Source of the DNA: Fimicolochytrium jonesii
Lineage: Eukaryota
Length of the DNA stretch: 30,438 nucleotides
Assembly: GCF_025526975.1 (NCBI RefSeq)
Contig: NW_026515674.1
Span: 992,001 to 1,022,438 of the forward strand
Direction of reading: 5' to 3'
The notes below the pieces were generated by a model. It had not been told where the DNA came from and did no database searches. It saw nothing but the letters and a program-made list of their open reading frames with translations. Shown here in pieces: positions 1 through 12,508 of this stretch (positions are counted from its first letter, which is position 1; every line of letters starts with the position of its first letter). A program made the translations under genes and the position numbers.

Positions 1-50
1 AGCGTTCCCTTGGCATGCTGTCATTTACACCCTTGCGTTTTTGTGGCTAG

Positions 51-1175
51 CTTGTCCTTCCTAGTGGCGTGATCATAAACGTCACCAATGCTTCCCGCCC
101 GGATCTTTTCTTTGCGCTACGTGGCGGAGGAAACAAATTTGGAATCGTCACAAAGTAAGAGCAAGGAAATCGTGGCTGCACAGAATCGCCTTTGTCCTTC
201 TCATGCCCCTTCTCGCTATAGCTTCATTTTGAAAACGCACCGGCAACCTTTAGTCAATTACGGCATCGTGCAGTTCTTGCCTGGGACGGAGGCCGCGTTT
301 GCTGAGGCTATCACTGGTAATTGCGGCCACATTGCCTGCTTTCGTAAGATTCATGCGCTAAGTTGGATTTTCTACAGATTTCTTGCTCAACTCTAAAGAC
401 CCCAAGGCTGCTATCATCCCGAATTTGATCGCGGATCCAAATGCGGTAAATAGATGCTTCTCGATTGCTAGCAGGAATCATCACATCCCAGATCTCTTCC
501 ATTGACAACTTGACTCCTCGGCCGTAGACGTATCCGCTTTGCCAGTTCTGGTACGACGGTCCCGTTGCTCCCACAGGAATCTGGGACAGGTTCCTGGCCA
601 TCCCGCACAACGATACCCGATTTTTCACGGTCCCTCACTATGTCGCTACTGGAATCATCGGCGATATGACCAACCAGCTCTACGGCACCCGCCAGAATTT
701 CCTCACTACCACTCTTAAGAACATATCGCCAGGATTCCTGACTTCCGTCCTTAACTACACCGCCAAACACTTTGCAGCCGTCAGGGCTCACGCCGGAAGT
801 GCGCTCATTCTCTGTCAGATCGCAATCGAGCCCATCCAAACATCGCTGCTCCGCGTTCACGCGTCCTCGCCTCCGTCGGCCTTCAACCCGCTCACGGAGG
901 GTGTGCAGCCACAGATTGTGTACGAATATTCGTGTGATTGGACGGACCCGAGGCTTGATGCGTACTTCTTCAGAGAGGGAACCACGGCTGTGAGGACTTT
1001 GGAAAGGTTGGTTGGGAGGGAACACGTCTCGAACTGGCTTTATCCCAATTACGTGGGACAAGGGCAGGATGTGGCGAGGGTATTTTCGGGGACTGAGGAG
1101 AGGGCAGCGGCGATTCAACGGAGGGTGGATCCGACAGGCTTGTTCAGGGAGGGGACTGGGGGATTGGCGTTTTAG
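51..1175 (+). CDS. FAD-linked oxidoreductase (berberine-bridge-enzyme/VAO-like), multi-exon, 5' part lies outside the window
   Basis: Exon 51-174 reads LVLPSGVIINVTNASRPDLFFALRGGGNKFGIVTK, the hallmark DLFxALRGGGxxFGIVT, followed by a GTAAGA donor. Later exons give FILKTHRQP and DPKAAII. The C-terminus YPNYVG...RAAAIQRRVDPTGLF...GGLAF* is a BBE-type tail ending at TAG 1173-1175. Confidence 0.9.
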
Positions 1176-1503
1176 TTAGATTGAGGAGACTTTGGCGTAT
1201 GAACTCTTAGGGGTAGCCTGGATCTTTCGCTTTCTTTCGTTGTCTTTACAGTGCATCTTCTGTTTACTGTTCTTCATCTCATTCTCCGTTTCTTGAATAT
1301 TATTCGTCCCTTTGAGGCAAGTATTTCTCAAAAGCCTAGCTGGAAACTTCGCTTTGAAAAGTTCCGCGTGGGCAACTAACGGTAATTCGACAGCGCGAGC
1401 ATGAAGTGGCGCAGGGACTTCCGCTTTCTTCATCTGCCGTCGGAGCATTCCTGCAAACTGGTTTCACCTTCCGTTGCCACACAGCCATCCCAAAACAAAT
1501 AAT

Positions 1504-4500
1504 ATGACAACAACAAAACCATCCGACCAGCCCTCGGGCCAACAACAGCAACAGCAGCCGCCGCCTAGTAAGGCGGTGGCGGATATGCTGGCGCTGGTAG
1601 CGAGCTCGGGGAGTCATGTGGTTAAATTGACATTGGAGGTGAATTACTCATTGGAGAAATGTAGGTGTTCTGAACCATGCCTTTACCCATTCAAAGCGCG
1701 GTCTAATCATTGCGATCCTCTGGTCCCCTTCATTTTCGCTTCATCAAATAGTGGTCGCAGCCCCCACAAGCATATCCTATCAACGCAAGAAACCAGGCAA
1801 CCCGCCCGATGCCGCGGCGGCCAAGAAGCGCAAGAGCGCCCTGGACGACTACCGCAAGTTCTATCTCGCATACTCGATTGGCGGCGTGTATGAGGGGAAG
1901 ACGGAGGTGCTGCTCGCTGATCAGTCGCCGTGGGTCTGGACGCATGATGTTGCTGTTAAGTCGGTGAGTTGGGATCGAGTGGATGCGGGATGTTGTAAGA
2001 GAAGCAATGCTTGTGGGCGGCTGCCATCTAGCGCATTTTGTTAACTGCTTTCCGATGGTGATGCTGCATTCTTCGAAAAAGACCTTTCTGGCAGATCTCT
2101 ACGACAAGCCAACAACAGTGAGCCTTTTCGAGATCGTAACACGAACCATCGACGGCAGCATTGTCCCCAGGCCCGACGACACCGGCGAACTCGCCGCCTC
2201 AATCGCTCTGAATCCCATCACCTCCACCGGAGCTGTTGCAGGGGCACGAGCGGGCAGCGGACGGACGCTCAACGGATCCCGACTGCGTCTTTCCGCATCT
2301 GTGACTACAACGGAGCGGGTCGGTTCACTGTCAGCGCTAGCAAAGCGACAAATCATCCTTGCGAACGCCCACCTCCCCGCGAGGGACCGCCACGCGCTGG
2401 TGCAAAAAGCGGCCCGGTATGGGTTTGGGATCGATGAGGTGGTGCAGGCTGCCGCGGCGGAGGATCGGGCAGCAGGGCAGCGACGGAGCGGGAGCGCGCA
2501 GAAACGGGGGCAGACCAAGTCCGGGTTATCGTCACGGCCGCGTTCGGGTGAAAAGAAAGAGGGTGGAGAAGCCACTATTCCGGCCGACGCGAAAAAAGCA
2601 GATACAGATACCGGAAGAGCTTCAACAAGAGCAACCACAGCCTCCTCCTCCAACAACAACACCCGCACCCGCTCCGTCTCCCGCGGCGGCTCTCCACGCC
2701 GCCGGACCGTCTTCGAAAACCCCGACGGCACGCCAATCCGCGAGGGTCCCCTCCCGCACCACTTTGACCGCCCCGACCGCCACCTCAGCGCGTCCGCAAA
2801 ATCCCGCAGCAAACGCGCATCTCCAGAACCCTCCCAACCCTCAGCCCCCGGCACCGCGGGGGCCGACGATGGAGCGGAGTGGAAGGAGTTTCTGAGCGTC
2901 ATGGATTCTATTCGCAAGGATACGGGAAAAGAGAAGGAGAAAGAGAAAGTTGGAGCGAAAAAGGCGCCTCTGCCGCGTAAACATCCCAAACCGCCACCGG
3001 TAATTGAAAGCAAGGTTCCCATTGAAACCGCTGGCAGCCGCCGCCCGTCCACGACGAAATCGGATGGGAGAGGGAAGGGACGAACGACGGTGGAGATAAA
3101 GGATGAGCTTAGGGGTGTAATTTCGCTGGATTTGTCGGACTTCTTTTGGGGGGATTTGAGCGTGAATGCTGAGTGAGTCGTTGTGGGACGGTATTTTGCG
3201 GTGTGAGTGACGAACGTCATGAACGTGGTGCTGATCTATGGCATCGCCCACGTAGATTGCCACGGACGGACGGGATGAACTTTTTCCGCGTGAAACTGTT
3301 CCTGAACACCCCGCTGCTGTCCAAACAGCAGGAAGAAAGGTATGCATAGTGACATCCGGCAGGGGAAGGGAATTCCAATCTACCGTTGCGTCATTGCCAT
3401 TGAAACGGAAATCCCACTGATGCACCTCAGCCTCAACCCAATATCAATAACCATGCTCGCCGCAAACGACATGCCCGACCGCCCAGTCCCCTTCTCAGAG
3501 CTCAACCGCCTCTGCGAGCCAGTGTAAGTTCCTCGTTCTCCCCCCGCCCTTTTTCAGAAACCCTGGCTAATCATCCCCCTCCGCGTCCGCAGCTTCACCC
3601 GCTTCTCCTTCCCCACCGACCCGCACACCCACCAATCCCTCGCCGCCGCACCGCACGGGCGCCGCATCGCCTTCAACACCCGTCACCTCGTCCTCGGCGG
3701 CTTGCTGGATGAGGATAGATTGAAGGAGGAGCTGTTGGGGAGACGGTTAGAGGTTGAAGTTCATGATCGGGAGGTTAAGGGGATGAGGGAGGGGGCAGGT
3801 TCGATGAGTGGGAATGCGCCACCGCCGACGTCCGGGCCGTTTGGAGTCGCCTCGTTTGGTAAGTCCGATGTTTGTACTCCGCTCTACCCGTGCATCACTC
3901 GTCTCACCTCCATCACATAGCCCTGACCGATCTTACCCGCGGCGCCACAACCCTCACCCTAACCGCGCCCATCCTTCCTGGTCGGTACCGCAAAGGCCGC
4001 TCGGGCGTCAAGCAGCTGCCTGCGGCGTCGTGGGTCGAGTCTGCGGCCACGCTGGCGGTGAAGGTGGAGGCGAGGTATCCGTTGCTCGCGAGTCAGAACG
4101 CCGGGAAGGGGGGTGGGCTGTTTAGGAGAGGGGTGGTTGTCACTAGGTGGGTGTGGGCGTGATTCTGGGAATGCTTCCGTTACGAAGATCCGGTGTCGCA
4201 GGGGGCAGACATCTCACCTCACACCAACCTTTACAGCATAACAGACGACCACACCCCCGCCCTAGTCCAACAACACGTCGAGCGCGCCAACATCCACGCC
4301 CTGCGGATCCGCGCCGACGACGACGAAGACACCGACAACACGGACGCGACACTGCGGAGCGCGTTGGGTATGCATCAGTTGACGAGGGAGGAGATAGCCG
4401 ATCCCGATTTGGTGGGTTTCCTTTGCGCGTGAATCGTGAGGTACGAGGGAGGTGACTGATGGGCATGGCGATTTAGGATGTGATTCTGGGATACCATATC

Positions 4501-6048
4501 TATGACGACCAATACCGGATCTTGATGCTGGAGGGGCTGCCGGAAGGGAGATTGGCGGATCTTTTTGCTGCTATATCTGCGTAAGTCCCCCTCTCTTCCC
4601 TCCCCCGCTTCAAACTCACTTGCACTCACATTCGAACCGCAGCCAACCAACACCGCCCCTCCACACCTACTTCTCCCCCTCAGCAACCTTCAATCGCCGC
4701 CTGTGGACCTCCAGCGCCAGCATCCTGCACACCCAGCTGCGGTTCTCGCTCAAATCTATCACGAGCAAGACGGGAACGTTCCTGAGGCGGCGAACGGGGG
4801 AAAGGTGCTTTGGGGCGCTGAATGCTTTGTTGAAGGTGTGTACATGTTTCTATGTCTGTATGCTGTTGGATGGGGTGACCCGATCGATGATTTCTGACCA
4901 GTCTATGATAATGTTTTAGATGATAGACCCCCGCACCAACGACGCTACAGCCCAACTTGAGATCGAGACTTTCCCGACCTCCGACATGATCCTGGCGTTG
5001 AACGGGATGTGTGCGGAGGCTGTTACGGCTGACGAGGCGCTTTCTGATGAGGCTCTTAGGGCTGCAGGTGGGGATGGTGGTGCAGGTGTGGGATGGGGGG
5101 CTGGGATAGAATGGGGTGGAACTGCAGCGGCGGTGGATGTAGATAAGGGTGCGCATGAGGAGGGTGAGCCGGCGTTGAAGGTAGGCGGGTTCTCGAGGAG
5201 GAGAAAAACATAACACCACACTGTTCTCTGACGAAACCAGCGCCCTTATTCGCCTGATACCCCTCTCTTCTCTGCACCCCCGAAACAGCACTTCACCCAA
5301 CCAACCCATCCCACCTCCAAAGCCCGCCCAACCCTTCGCGGCAGCGGTGGGGCCAAACGCGTAACCTTCTCCCGCGGCACCCTCCCCAGCGCCAAACGCG
5401 TCGACGACCTCAACGTCGATTTCGCAGCCTCATTGGCCGAGCGTGGGTTTCGGAAAGTCAATTTCGTGGCGTATAACTTTCGGGTAGGTACATACTGTAT
5501 CTTCTCAGGTGCATGGTTACGGAGATCGGGATTTGCTAATTTTTGTTTATGTCTCTAATGACAGCAATATGAAGGCATCGCAGCCGAACCGCGCAAGCGC
5601 ACCCGCCAGATCTACGTGCATAACTACTCGATCAATCGGTTCTCGAGCACTGCGGAACATTTGGAGGAGTTAAGGTTCCAGATGGCTCAGGTAAGCAGCC
5701 ATCAACCGATCAAGACGTGCTTGCTTTCGGCATTGACGACTGGATGATTGAATGTAGAATCCGACGACGGTATACTCGTACGGCGGAACGTACCTCTCGC
5801 AACTGATCCCGCGCGTGGACTACGACGAGGAAGTGGAGGAGGAGAGACTGGGGAGCAAGGCGAGACGGCTTCCGCCTGGCGAGTTTATCGTTTCTACGTG
5901 AGTGTGCGGTTTTCCTTAGGTGAAACTTCTTTTCCCTGAAACTTGCTCCATTCTTGGCTGATTTCCTATATACACCATCAGATTTGCCGTCCCGGACAAA
6001 CGCCGGCGGGGCATGGGAGCGACGAACGCAGCGGTAGTGCCAGTGTAG
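1504..6048 (+). CDS. CFAP92: Cilia/flagella-associated protein 92-like (KIAA1257/DUF4550 family), multi-exon; internal exon boundaries approximate
   Basis: Spliced segments LNPISITMLAANDMPDRPVPFSELNRLCEPV, APHGRRIAF...LEVEVHDRE, PFGVASF/LTDLTRG, LPAASWVESAATLAVKVEARYPL and YSYGGTYLSQ match, in order, motifs I recall from CFAP92 (LNPLxI...LERLCxPV, PHG, VEVHDRD, PYGIAxVSFxDL, VxIAVPL). GT-AG introns are visible between them. ATG is at 1504 and the predicted stop TAG at 6046-6048. Confidence 0.75.
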
Positions 6049-7295
6049 GGAGATACAGCATAGGAGATTCTATAGGACGAACATATAGATAGATTGCGAC
6101 AAGGGGGCGTTGTGAAAGCATAGACCAAGACGGTAATGAAAGGGTACGATCAGGACGCGAATGCACTATTCCACACGAATGCCAGTCGGGCAATGGCCGC
6201 AAAAGGCATCTGAAAACAAATCGCCAACCAGTGCTTTACACGTTTAAATCGTGATATCCGACTCGACGACAGGGGATTACCGCCGTTTTTCTCACTATTT
6301 CTCAATCATACTTTCTCTATCAACCTACCATCGACCGTCCAACCATCCAACCATCCCATCACCCATACCCAACAACAAACACGTGGGTGAGGGAGGGGAG
6401 TATCGCCCTTGTCGCTTCGATGCACTCTCGCCGCCACCCTTGCAATCGCACGGTCTTCAGACCGAACCACCATCGCTCGCCGGCGCCTCGCCACATCTCG
6501 CCACATCCTTAGGCCATCCTCTTGAACGAGGAGACGGGAACTCCCTCCCCTCGGTTCCTGTCGGCAAATTCGGGTCCCGTTCCGGTTATTTTTAATGCGG
6601 CGATTGCTAGCTCTGACTGCCTTCGATAGGTCACTGTGAGCATCTCGGATGCCCAAAGGACCGGTCTTTGTAACTCTAACGATTCGTTCGTACTGCTGCT
6701 GGCCTTTGGGGGGGGTCATTGCAGGGTCAATCGGGACCGCTTGCAGTCGAGTTGCCTTCGAAGTTGGAGTGAGGAGTCTTTTTTGCGGGATACATATACA
6801 GTACATAGTAGAGTGCTAAGGAACATCCATCAAGATGGACGACGTGTCATGGAAATCGGGTTACAGAGGATGAAAAGACATCCTGCTCGCTCAAGCTCGC
6901 GACAAGGATGTTAGACTGGTGTGTGATCCGCCATCCGGGGCCTCCGGCCCCGTCTTCAAGCATCCTTGCGCCTCGCTTTCGCTCGGGCTCCAGCGCAATG
7001 ATGCTCGCTGTCGCTCGCGTTCTCCGGTGCCGTCCAAGTCGTCCGGATGGCGTTTTCAAATCCTTTTGGACGGGCAACTCGCTTGACGGGATGTTGAAAT
7101 CACGCGAACTCATCAAAGTGGATCTTGATGGCGGGTAAAGCCATAACGGCCCGCCGGGCAACTTGGCAGGAAAAACACGCCGCATCCGCCTCATCCCCCT
7201 GCACCTCCTACTGTACTTATACTCGCCATTGAGAGCACTTCCATCTCCGCCCGTCTCCGCCTGGTCCACCCACCCACCCCCACCACCCCAACACA

Positions 7296-7838
7296 ATGGG
7301 GTACAAACAGAATTTCACCACGGTGGAAATCCACCAGTCCCCAAACTGCACAGACACCTCCAAAGACGGACCCGTGCCCGGCTATCAATTCATCCGAATA
7401 CCCCACCCAACCAACCCGCCCTCACCAGCAGACCCCGCCCGATGCTACACCACCACCGTCCAATCCGACATCTTGCCCGTCAGACCCTACCCCGTCGCCG
7501 TGAAACTCGTCGAACAGAAGACCCTGATGGTGTGGATGGACTCCAGTTGTAAGGATGCTGCTGGGGCGAATTTCACAGTCACCCAAGCCCGCTAGATCTG
7601 GGATGAGGTTGCAAAGACCTACGTTGAGCCGCGATATGAATCCACTGAGTGTTTTGATATCACCGCGTTGACCGCAACCAAGGGCCTGCCGCCGGCGTCG
7701 ATGAAGCTAAAGTCGGAGGAGGCATTTTTGGATACGCCGTTCCAGTCTTATGAGGCGGGCGCCGGGACGGTGGGCGTGCAGTGGACGGGGATGGTGCTGC
7801 TTGCGACGTTTTGGATGGCAAAGAAGGTTTGGGCTTAG
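7296..7838 (+). pseudogene. ~180-codon ORF for a small Cys-containing protein with a hydrophobic C-terminal tail, interrupted by one in-frame TAG
   Basis: The ORF MGYKQNF...TQAR stops at TAG 7593-7595. The same frame then continues 80 codons (IWDEVAKTYVEPRYESTECFD...GVQWTGMVLLATFWMAKKVWA*) to TAG 7836-7838. It has the same C-rich-to-G-rich profile as neighbouring exons. Confidence 0.55.
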
Positions 7839-8745
7839 ATCCCGTAGATTTTACTGATACGCGGCGTAGACTGGTTTATAGTCGTGGGGTAATAGGGAAG
7901 GGTGATCGACGTTCATGAAGATGGGTAATCGGCGTTGCCTTTGTATGTAAACATTATAACATAGATGCGCCTAGATGATGCTAGCCTACGTAACGCATAT
8001 GGTGACTCTATGTACACCATCAGGGAGCTGTATGTGACAGGGTTCGCTACTGAACGCTGCTGCTATACCGGCATGCACCGCTACGATCGAAGGCTGGTCC
8101 CCGGTCGTCGACGACGAACATAACTAAGGCTTCAATGCAATGCCACATCCATGATCCCAGGTCCATCGCGACACCGGCCGACCGTGCGTACTCTTGCCCT
8201 CGGTCGCGCACGCCTCAGGCACTGGGCGTCTCGACGTCCTTATTATCGTCCTCCTCCTTGTCCTGATCGCTCGGTAGGTAACTCGCATCGATCGAGGGGC
8301 ATAGGCATCGGAAGAGGAAAATCACCACGTGAGGTGTGCGTCCGATTAATCGTCTTTCCAACTCTCAGGAGTCGGCTGGGCAAGAGGTACGTGTTTTTCG
8401 CGATGCAAAAGGCGTCACGATCGCTGGCCTCGGGGATTAACTGGCACGCTGAGCGTTGGCTTTACGCTTGAGTTTGGCTCGTCGGAGCCCCTCTGCCTTG
8501 TCGCGCCACCAACCTTCCAATGCCGGTACGAGGACGGGTATCGGCTTTCGTTGCAAAGAGACCCGCAAGAAATGAGTCGCGATGCGGCGGTCAGCGCAGC
8601 TCGCATCTCCTCCGAAACGAGTTTGGATGCGTGACGGCAGCTTGGATTTGCATGAGGTCAGCAAGCCAACGCGCGCGCAACGCTGAGGAGAAACTTGGAG
8701 AACTTGGAGCAAACATACGGGATAAGTACTGGCACATCGACAGGA

Positions 8746-9964
8746 ATGATGAGGCCCGGACCACTTTCAGGTCGGCCCATTCTAGATCTAGCAAAGTGTG
8801 CGCTCTTGGCTACCCTCGCCATATCCAGTTGCGCCGGCACATCCCCCTACTGCCCCAACCTACCCTCACCACTCCTAAACGTGTGCAGCAGCGAACAGAT
8901 CGACACCTGCCACCTTAGTTTCACCTCCGACCTGGAGGATTTCTACACTTGCACCACCCTCCCTCCCCGTGGGCACCGGCTCTGGACAGACTCACACGCT
9001 TCATTCAGGTTCAGCAACTATTCATACAGATCGGATCTAGACCCGCGTACGGAGATTGTCGCGCAACTCTTGCAAGGGACGACGAGGGGCAGTGTCAGCG
9101 GGCGTCTGGATTTGGACGGGGCGCTCGCACGAGAGCTTTTTCGCGCTGTTGCAGCCATTGAGAAGATTGTCTCTGATAAAGCGATACTTCTCAACGGCGG
9201 GTTGCGTCAACGGACGATGCATTGTATCAACCTAGACGTATGGGCAGCGCTAGCAGTCTTGAACGAAACGTTTGGCGAGAATCCTCCTGTGTACGAGATG
9301 CGGAAACTGTCGATGGAAAACGCATCGGATGAGGACAACATACCCATGCACGTTCCGGATCACGTCAAGGAAGTGCATACCGAGCTTGTTTTCGCGGTTT
9401 CCCCGTTGCTGGACATCTCGGCCGTGGACAACGCTGTTCAGACAATGTTTCCGGACAGCTTCTGCCGGCTCTCTACTCCTGAGTCCACGTCAACACCTGG
9501 GTGAGATATCTATCCTGTTTTCGCACCCATTGGCTTGTATGCTTCTTCTTTCCGCTCGTTGAGTTCCCTTACGCTACCCCGTTGCCCCCAGCCTGAAAAT
9601 CCTCCGACAAGACCCAAACGCATTCACATCCATGAAATCCCTCGCCGAGCTCCGTTCCCATTACCACAGAGACGAGGCACGGCACCAGCCCACCGACAAC
9701 ACCTGGCTTCGGTACGACCCGCAATCGATCCACGCCGAGCTATGGCGGTTCGTAGTCCTCCCGCAAGACTATTCCGAGCTATGTTTTGAGCCGCTTGGGG
9801 TGGACTATGTTTATGAGGTTGTGGAATATAACCGACGGCGGGGGATTGCGAGGGTGGAGAGGACTTGGACGGTGAAGTACTCGTCGTTTGCGATGAGTGA
9901 GGAAGAGATGGATGAGATGTTTTGGAGGGGGACTAGGTTGGTTGGGTGGGATGACGGTCCTTGA
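8746..9964 (+). CDS. Hypothetical, probably secreted protein; 2 exons (8746-9500, 9592-9964)
   Basis: Intron 9501-9591 (GTGAG...CCCCAG) joins the 269-aa and 110-aa ORFs in frame (PG|LKILRQDPNAFTSMKSL). The N-terminal CALLATLAISSCAG looks like a signal peptide. No family recognised. Confidence 0.65.
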
Positions 9965-10419
9965 GGACTGGGGATAGATATCACTCTCGCATTAAACACG
10001 AAGAAGAAGGACATGCGAGCGAGATTCTTTCTTCTCGTTCTCGGTTTCCATTCCAGAAGGAGGTCGTTCAATGCTGGTCCGCAGATCTTCTTTATCCTTG
10101 GTTGGCGAATGCTGTCCTGGCAGCGTTCAGTAACCTCCCAAGTGCCGAAACGGGCGGAACACCGATAGCAACCATATAACGCCGGTGAACAACCAATGCC
10201 GTGACGGTGGTCTTTGTTCGGGAGAAGAGTGGACCTCTTTGTGGGACTAGGCCCTATGCACATGGCCGCAACGACTTGTTTGGTTGATCGTAATGAGACT
10301 TGAAGCTACAAACGACTTGAGAAATAAAGACCTACCAAGTCCGGCCGAAGTGAAGAAATCGACAGCGCGAGTCAGGATTGTGAGTTTGCGCGTTTTCGGA
10401 GTATATACTGTACTCAGGG

Positions 10420-11671
10420 TTAGGTAACAGTGGCCGGGTCTCGAATGTGAAGCTGGCATTTGCGATCGTCAATTTGGATGGATCCACTATACGAGATCGC
10501 GGCGATTTTGCACTTCAGGAATGTGTCACTCATATATGGTTTCGAAGGATCCGTCATGTTCTGATAACGAGCAGAACCCCAGAGAAAGTCGTCATTCCCA
10601 ATGTAGACGTCTTGATTGACAATATCTGTGACGTTGAGAGCATAGGGGTTGAAAGCGTAGCCCGAAACAAAGGGACTTGACCAATACTCATGGCATCTAA
10701 CAATAAGCAATGCAGGTCAGAAACCGAAGGGTGCGAATTATATAGAGAAACGAACCAACCTGAGGCAGTTGCGCGCAACCGAGTTATGTTTTGCCTCGCG
10801 TATAACACATTCATTGCATGCGGTTGTGATGGGCCAGGGTGCACAGGCGGAATAAAAAGCGAATCGATCTGCCCTCAGCCTTAGGCACGGATTCGCCGGT
10901 TGCGGGCAATCGGATTTCGGTTGAGGTGGTGGGCGATCCACCGGTGCTTTAGGCGGTATGGGGGGCAGACAAATGTCACTGCAATAGTTTTTCTGTATGG
11001 TGTAGCTGGCGTTGGACGGTGGGTGTCAGAAGGATACTTGGATAACAGGCGATAAAGTATGGGTTTGATAGCCACCTGCAACCGCCACACTGCCGGTCCT
11101 TGGTCAAGTCGACGTTCGCACCGTTGCGGCTGTCAAAGAAGGGGGCTGAGGTGTCATAAAACGCCGCCGGGAGTGTGGTGATGTCGGAGTAAGGGACCAG
11201 GAGAGGGAATGTCATCCTCACCACCTCCCCATATTTGTCAGGAAACACCGCACGGTATAGGAGCCAGAGGTCCCAGAGCTCTCCAGGCAAGTGTTTGCCC
11301 TGCATTGCAGGCTCAAGCACATGGGGCAAGCGAGTATAGTGTGTGTAACCGTCCGAAGAGATAAAGGGATTCCCATTGTTGCATTTGGTGTTGTTTGCGT
11401 CTGGTATGAAGTACCCAGCAGGGCGCTCTTGGGTCAGGAACGGACTCGTTTCGTTGACGTTAATAGGTCTAACATCATATCTACAGCGTATGGGAACCGG
11501 CGGCGACGCAGGCGTCTGGGAGGGGGAGCTAGTGACTGCTGGCGAGGAGGCAGCGGTCGTCGTCGTCACGTTCTGAGCGGCGGCCAGCGTCGTCAGCGGA
11601 AGGAGGGCGAAGGCGAGGGCGAGGGCGAGGAGCGGTGGAAAGCAAGGGGGAGTCGTGCCGCGAGGGGGCGT
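10420..11671 (-). CDS. Hypothetical secreted Cys-rich protein, about 3 exons; start codon uncertain
   Basis: A signal-peptide-like LLALALAFALLPLTTLAAA is followed by a T/S/P linker. ORFs 10976-11902, 10738-10941 and 10420-10710 can be joined by short GT-AG introns (e.g. TGCAG|GTGGCT...TTGCAG|TGAC). No ATG lies immediately before the signal peptide. Confidence 0.6.
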
Positions 11672-11738
11672 GGTTGTGGGAGTGCCGGCGTAAGTATGTC
11701 TGTGATGAGCTGCTGCCTGTGCAGATGAGCTGCTGTTG

Positions 11739-11742
<4 letters not shown>

Positions 11743-11786
<44 letters not shown>
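11743..11786. repeat. (TC)22 microsatellite
   Basis: Perfect TC dinucleotide run seen directly. Confidence 0.97.
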
Positions 11787-11789
<3 letters not shown>

Positions 11790-12508
11790 CTTAGAGCCTC
11801 TTTCTGCAACCTGCGGCCACTGCATCTGCATAGACTGCATAGACTGCATGCACGCGGAGTCTGGGAGGCTTCTCCAATTGACAGTCGTGGCTGGAAGAGC
11901 ATTACCCGACGGAATGACAGCTTTGCAGAGCTGTCTCGCCGCCCGTAGGATAGACATGAACAAGCGTATGATGATGAGGAACATATAACAGCATTCTGGC
12001 TACGAGGTGCATATGTGTAATAAAGCCAAAAACCCTCAACCTCAAGCTCTGCAGCGGACGTGGCTCTGAGATCTCATTCCACCTCTTCATCCCGTATACG
12101 GTCTCTCATGACGGCAATCCTACTGACAGCTGCGGTAAAGCTTACTTACATGTCAGTGGCTGCAAAGGAGACGGAGCCGTCTGTGTCTCTGCGCCTGCTG
12201 CGGCCGGTGGTAACACTCAATCCGAGCGCCTTTTGCCGGAGAACGAACCGCTTGACCTGCATGGATGTTGTTGTTCCGCCATCGCGGTCGCAAGTGCAAA
12301 CTTTGGGGTACGCAACGAGCACATACAGTATAATCCACGAGCACATACGTATAATCCTAAACCCAGATCCTATTGTATTAGACGCAAATGGCTTCGGCCA
12401 CTCTTTATAGTATGGATTCCTCATCTATACATTGTCCTCACAGAGAATGCAGCTACTTCTTGAGGCGACGCAGACAGTTCGGTTCCTGCAATCCAATCCG
12501 AACCGAAC

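Noticed and set aside
2099..3220. 373-aa minus-strand ORF, and similar antisense ORFs such as 468-1118 and 15261-15965
   Set aside because: These are shadow frames opposite well-supported genes, with no recognisable motifs.
6050..7290. Short ORFs in 6.2-7.3 kb (also 8.1-8.7 and 12.0-12.5 kb)
   Set aside because: No motifs or consistent splice structure; treated as intergenic or UTR.
7593..7595. TAG reassignment (alternative genetic code)
   Set aside because: TAG ends the FAD oxidase at its expected C-terminus (1173-1175), and long exons contain no in-frame TAG.
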